Of a stretch of DNA of 34,526 nucleotides, positions 32,941-34,526 are shown one piece after another; the stretch's first letter is position 1; each line of letters opens with the position of its first letter. Both the position numbers and the translations under genes were made by a program. The notes beneath the pieces were generated by a model, which worked only from the letters and a program-made list of their open reading frames with translations, did not search any database and was not told the origin of the DNA. This DNA is from Priapulus caudatus (taxonomy: Eukaryota), in contig NW_014577088.1 in the NCBI RefSeq assembly GCF_000485595.1, positions 582,947-617,472 of the forward strand, read 5' to 3'.

Positions 32941-33207
32941 GGTTGTGCCTGTTTAGTATAGGTTTCGGTTCAACAATACAGGCCAGCTGAGGAATGATAT
33001 CGTTTTTCTCTGGTGTGGCCAGCAACTGTACACGTCAGTGCTGACATTGTTGTGAAGATGCACGGAATTGAGGGTGTCACGGAATTCGTGAGTGACGGTT
33101 GTTGGTCAGGGTTTTTTTCAGCTAGGCAACACTCGCCGGGTATAAGAGATGGCCCTGTGAAAAATTGCATCCAGATCGCTGCGCGGTTGGCCGCGCTATA
33201 GGGAAAG

Positions 33208-33436
33208 ATACATAACATACATACATGTACATACAATACATACAACATACCTACATACATACATACATACACAGCACACACATCACGAGCACACACACAC
33301 ACACCACTCACACAACACACACACATCACGACACACACACACACGACACACCAGCACACACACACACATACACACACACACACAACACACACACACACAC
33401 ACACCAAACACACACACCACACACACACACACACAC

Positions 33437-33489
<53 letters not shown>

Positions 33490-33551
33490 ACACACACACA
33501 CAACACACACACACGACACACACACAGCACACACCACACACAACACATCAC

Positions 33552-33582
<31 letters not shown>

Positions 33583-33641
33583 CCACACACACACACACCA
33601 CCACACACCAACACGACACACACACACACAGCACACACACA

Positions 33642-33696
<55 letters not shown>

Positions 33697-33743
33697 ACAC
33701 ACCACACACACACATCACACACACACAACACACACACACACAA

Positions 33744-33776
<33 letters not shown>

Positions 33777-33790
33777 CACACACACACACA

Positions 33791-33824
<34 letters not shown>

Positions 33825-33955
33825 CATCACACACACAACAGCACACCACACACACCCACACACACACACACACAACACACACACTACACACACACACCAA
33901 CACACACAAACACACACACCACGACACACACACACAACACACATCACACACACAG

Positions 33956-34043
<88 letters not shown>

Positions 34044-34066
34044 AACACACACGACACAACACACAC

Positions 34067-34109
<43 letters not shown>

Positions 34110-34322
34110 ACACACACGACACACAACACACCACACACAACACTACACACACACAAGCACACTACACACACACACACACACACAACACACACCTACACAC
34201 AACAACTACACACACACACACTACCACACACACACACACACACACAACACACACAACACACACACACACACACACACAACACACACACACACACACACAC
34301 ACACAGCACACACACACACCAA

Positions 34323-34353
<31 letters not shown>

Positions 34354-34526
34354 GGACACAGCCACACACACACAACCCACAACACAACTCAGATGCACAC
34401 ACACACATACACACACCAACACACACACCACACACACACACACACACGGCACACACACAGACACACACACACACACAGCACAGCCACACACACACACAGT
34501 CACACACACACACACCACACCACACC
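33208..34526. repeat. (CATA)n grading into a long degenerate (CA)n tract to the window end
   Basis: Seen directly; indel-rich, probably low-accuracy sequence. Confidence 0.92.

Noticed and set aside
30224..34526. Cys/Val-rich and His/Thr-rich ORFs resembling metallothionein or keratin-associated proteins
   Set aside because: Translations of (TG)n and (CA)n microsatellites.

Overview
Eukaryotic (invertebrate metazoan-like, not CpG-depleted) draft-assembly DNA, rich in micro/minisatellites and small DNA-transposon derivatives, with five N-gaps. Two intron-containing genes can be reconstructed by hand with consistent splice phases. (1) The 3' part of a RhoGAP gene resembling the invertebrate RhoGAP102A subfamily: + strand exons at 7776-7937, 14096-14350, 14716-14888, 15180-15286, 18864-19086 and 19777-20213. 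(2) A complete 4-exon, 195-aa MARVEL-domain (CMTM/plasmolipin/MAL-like) gene at 27390-31420 (+). The most striking observation is that the RhoGAP exon needed between the first two + strand exons (KFLRKLPNGIFG...) lies on the MINUS strand (12632-12749). It keeps intact splice sites with matching phases, carries a 2-nt frameshift, and sits between two inverted Helitron-like 3' ends. This is a real TE-mediated inversion, a trans-splicing arrangement or, most parsimoniously, a mis-oriented contig. Several minisatellites are nucleated on functional signals (two 5' splice sites, a start-codon region with ATG-TGA minimal uORFs, a transposon end). Most long ORFs in the track are artefacts of repeats and N-runs. 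No tRNA, rRNA or CRISPR array was recognised.
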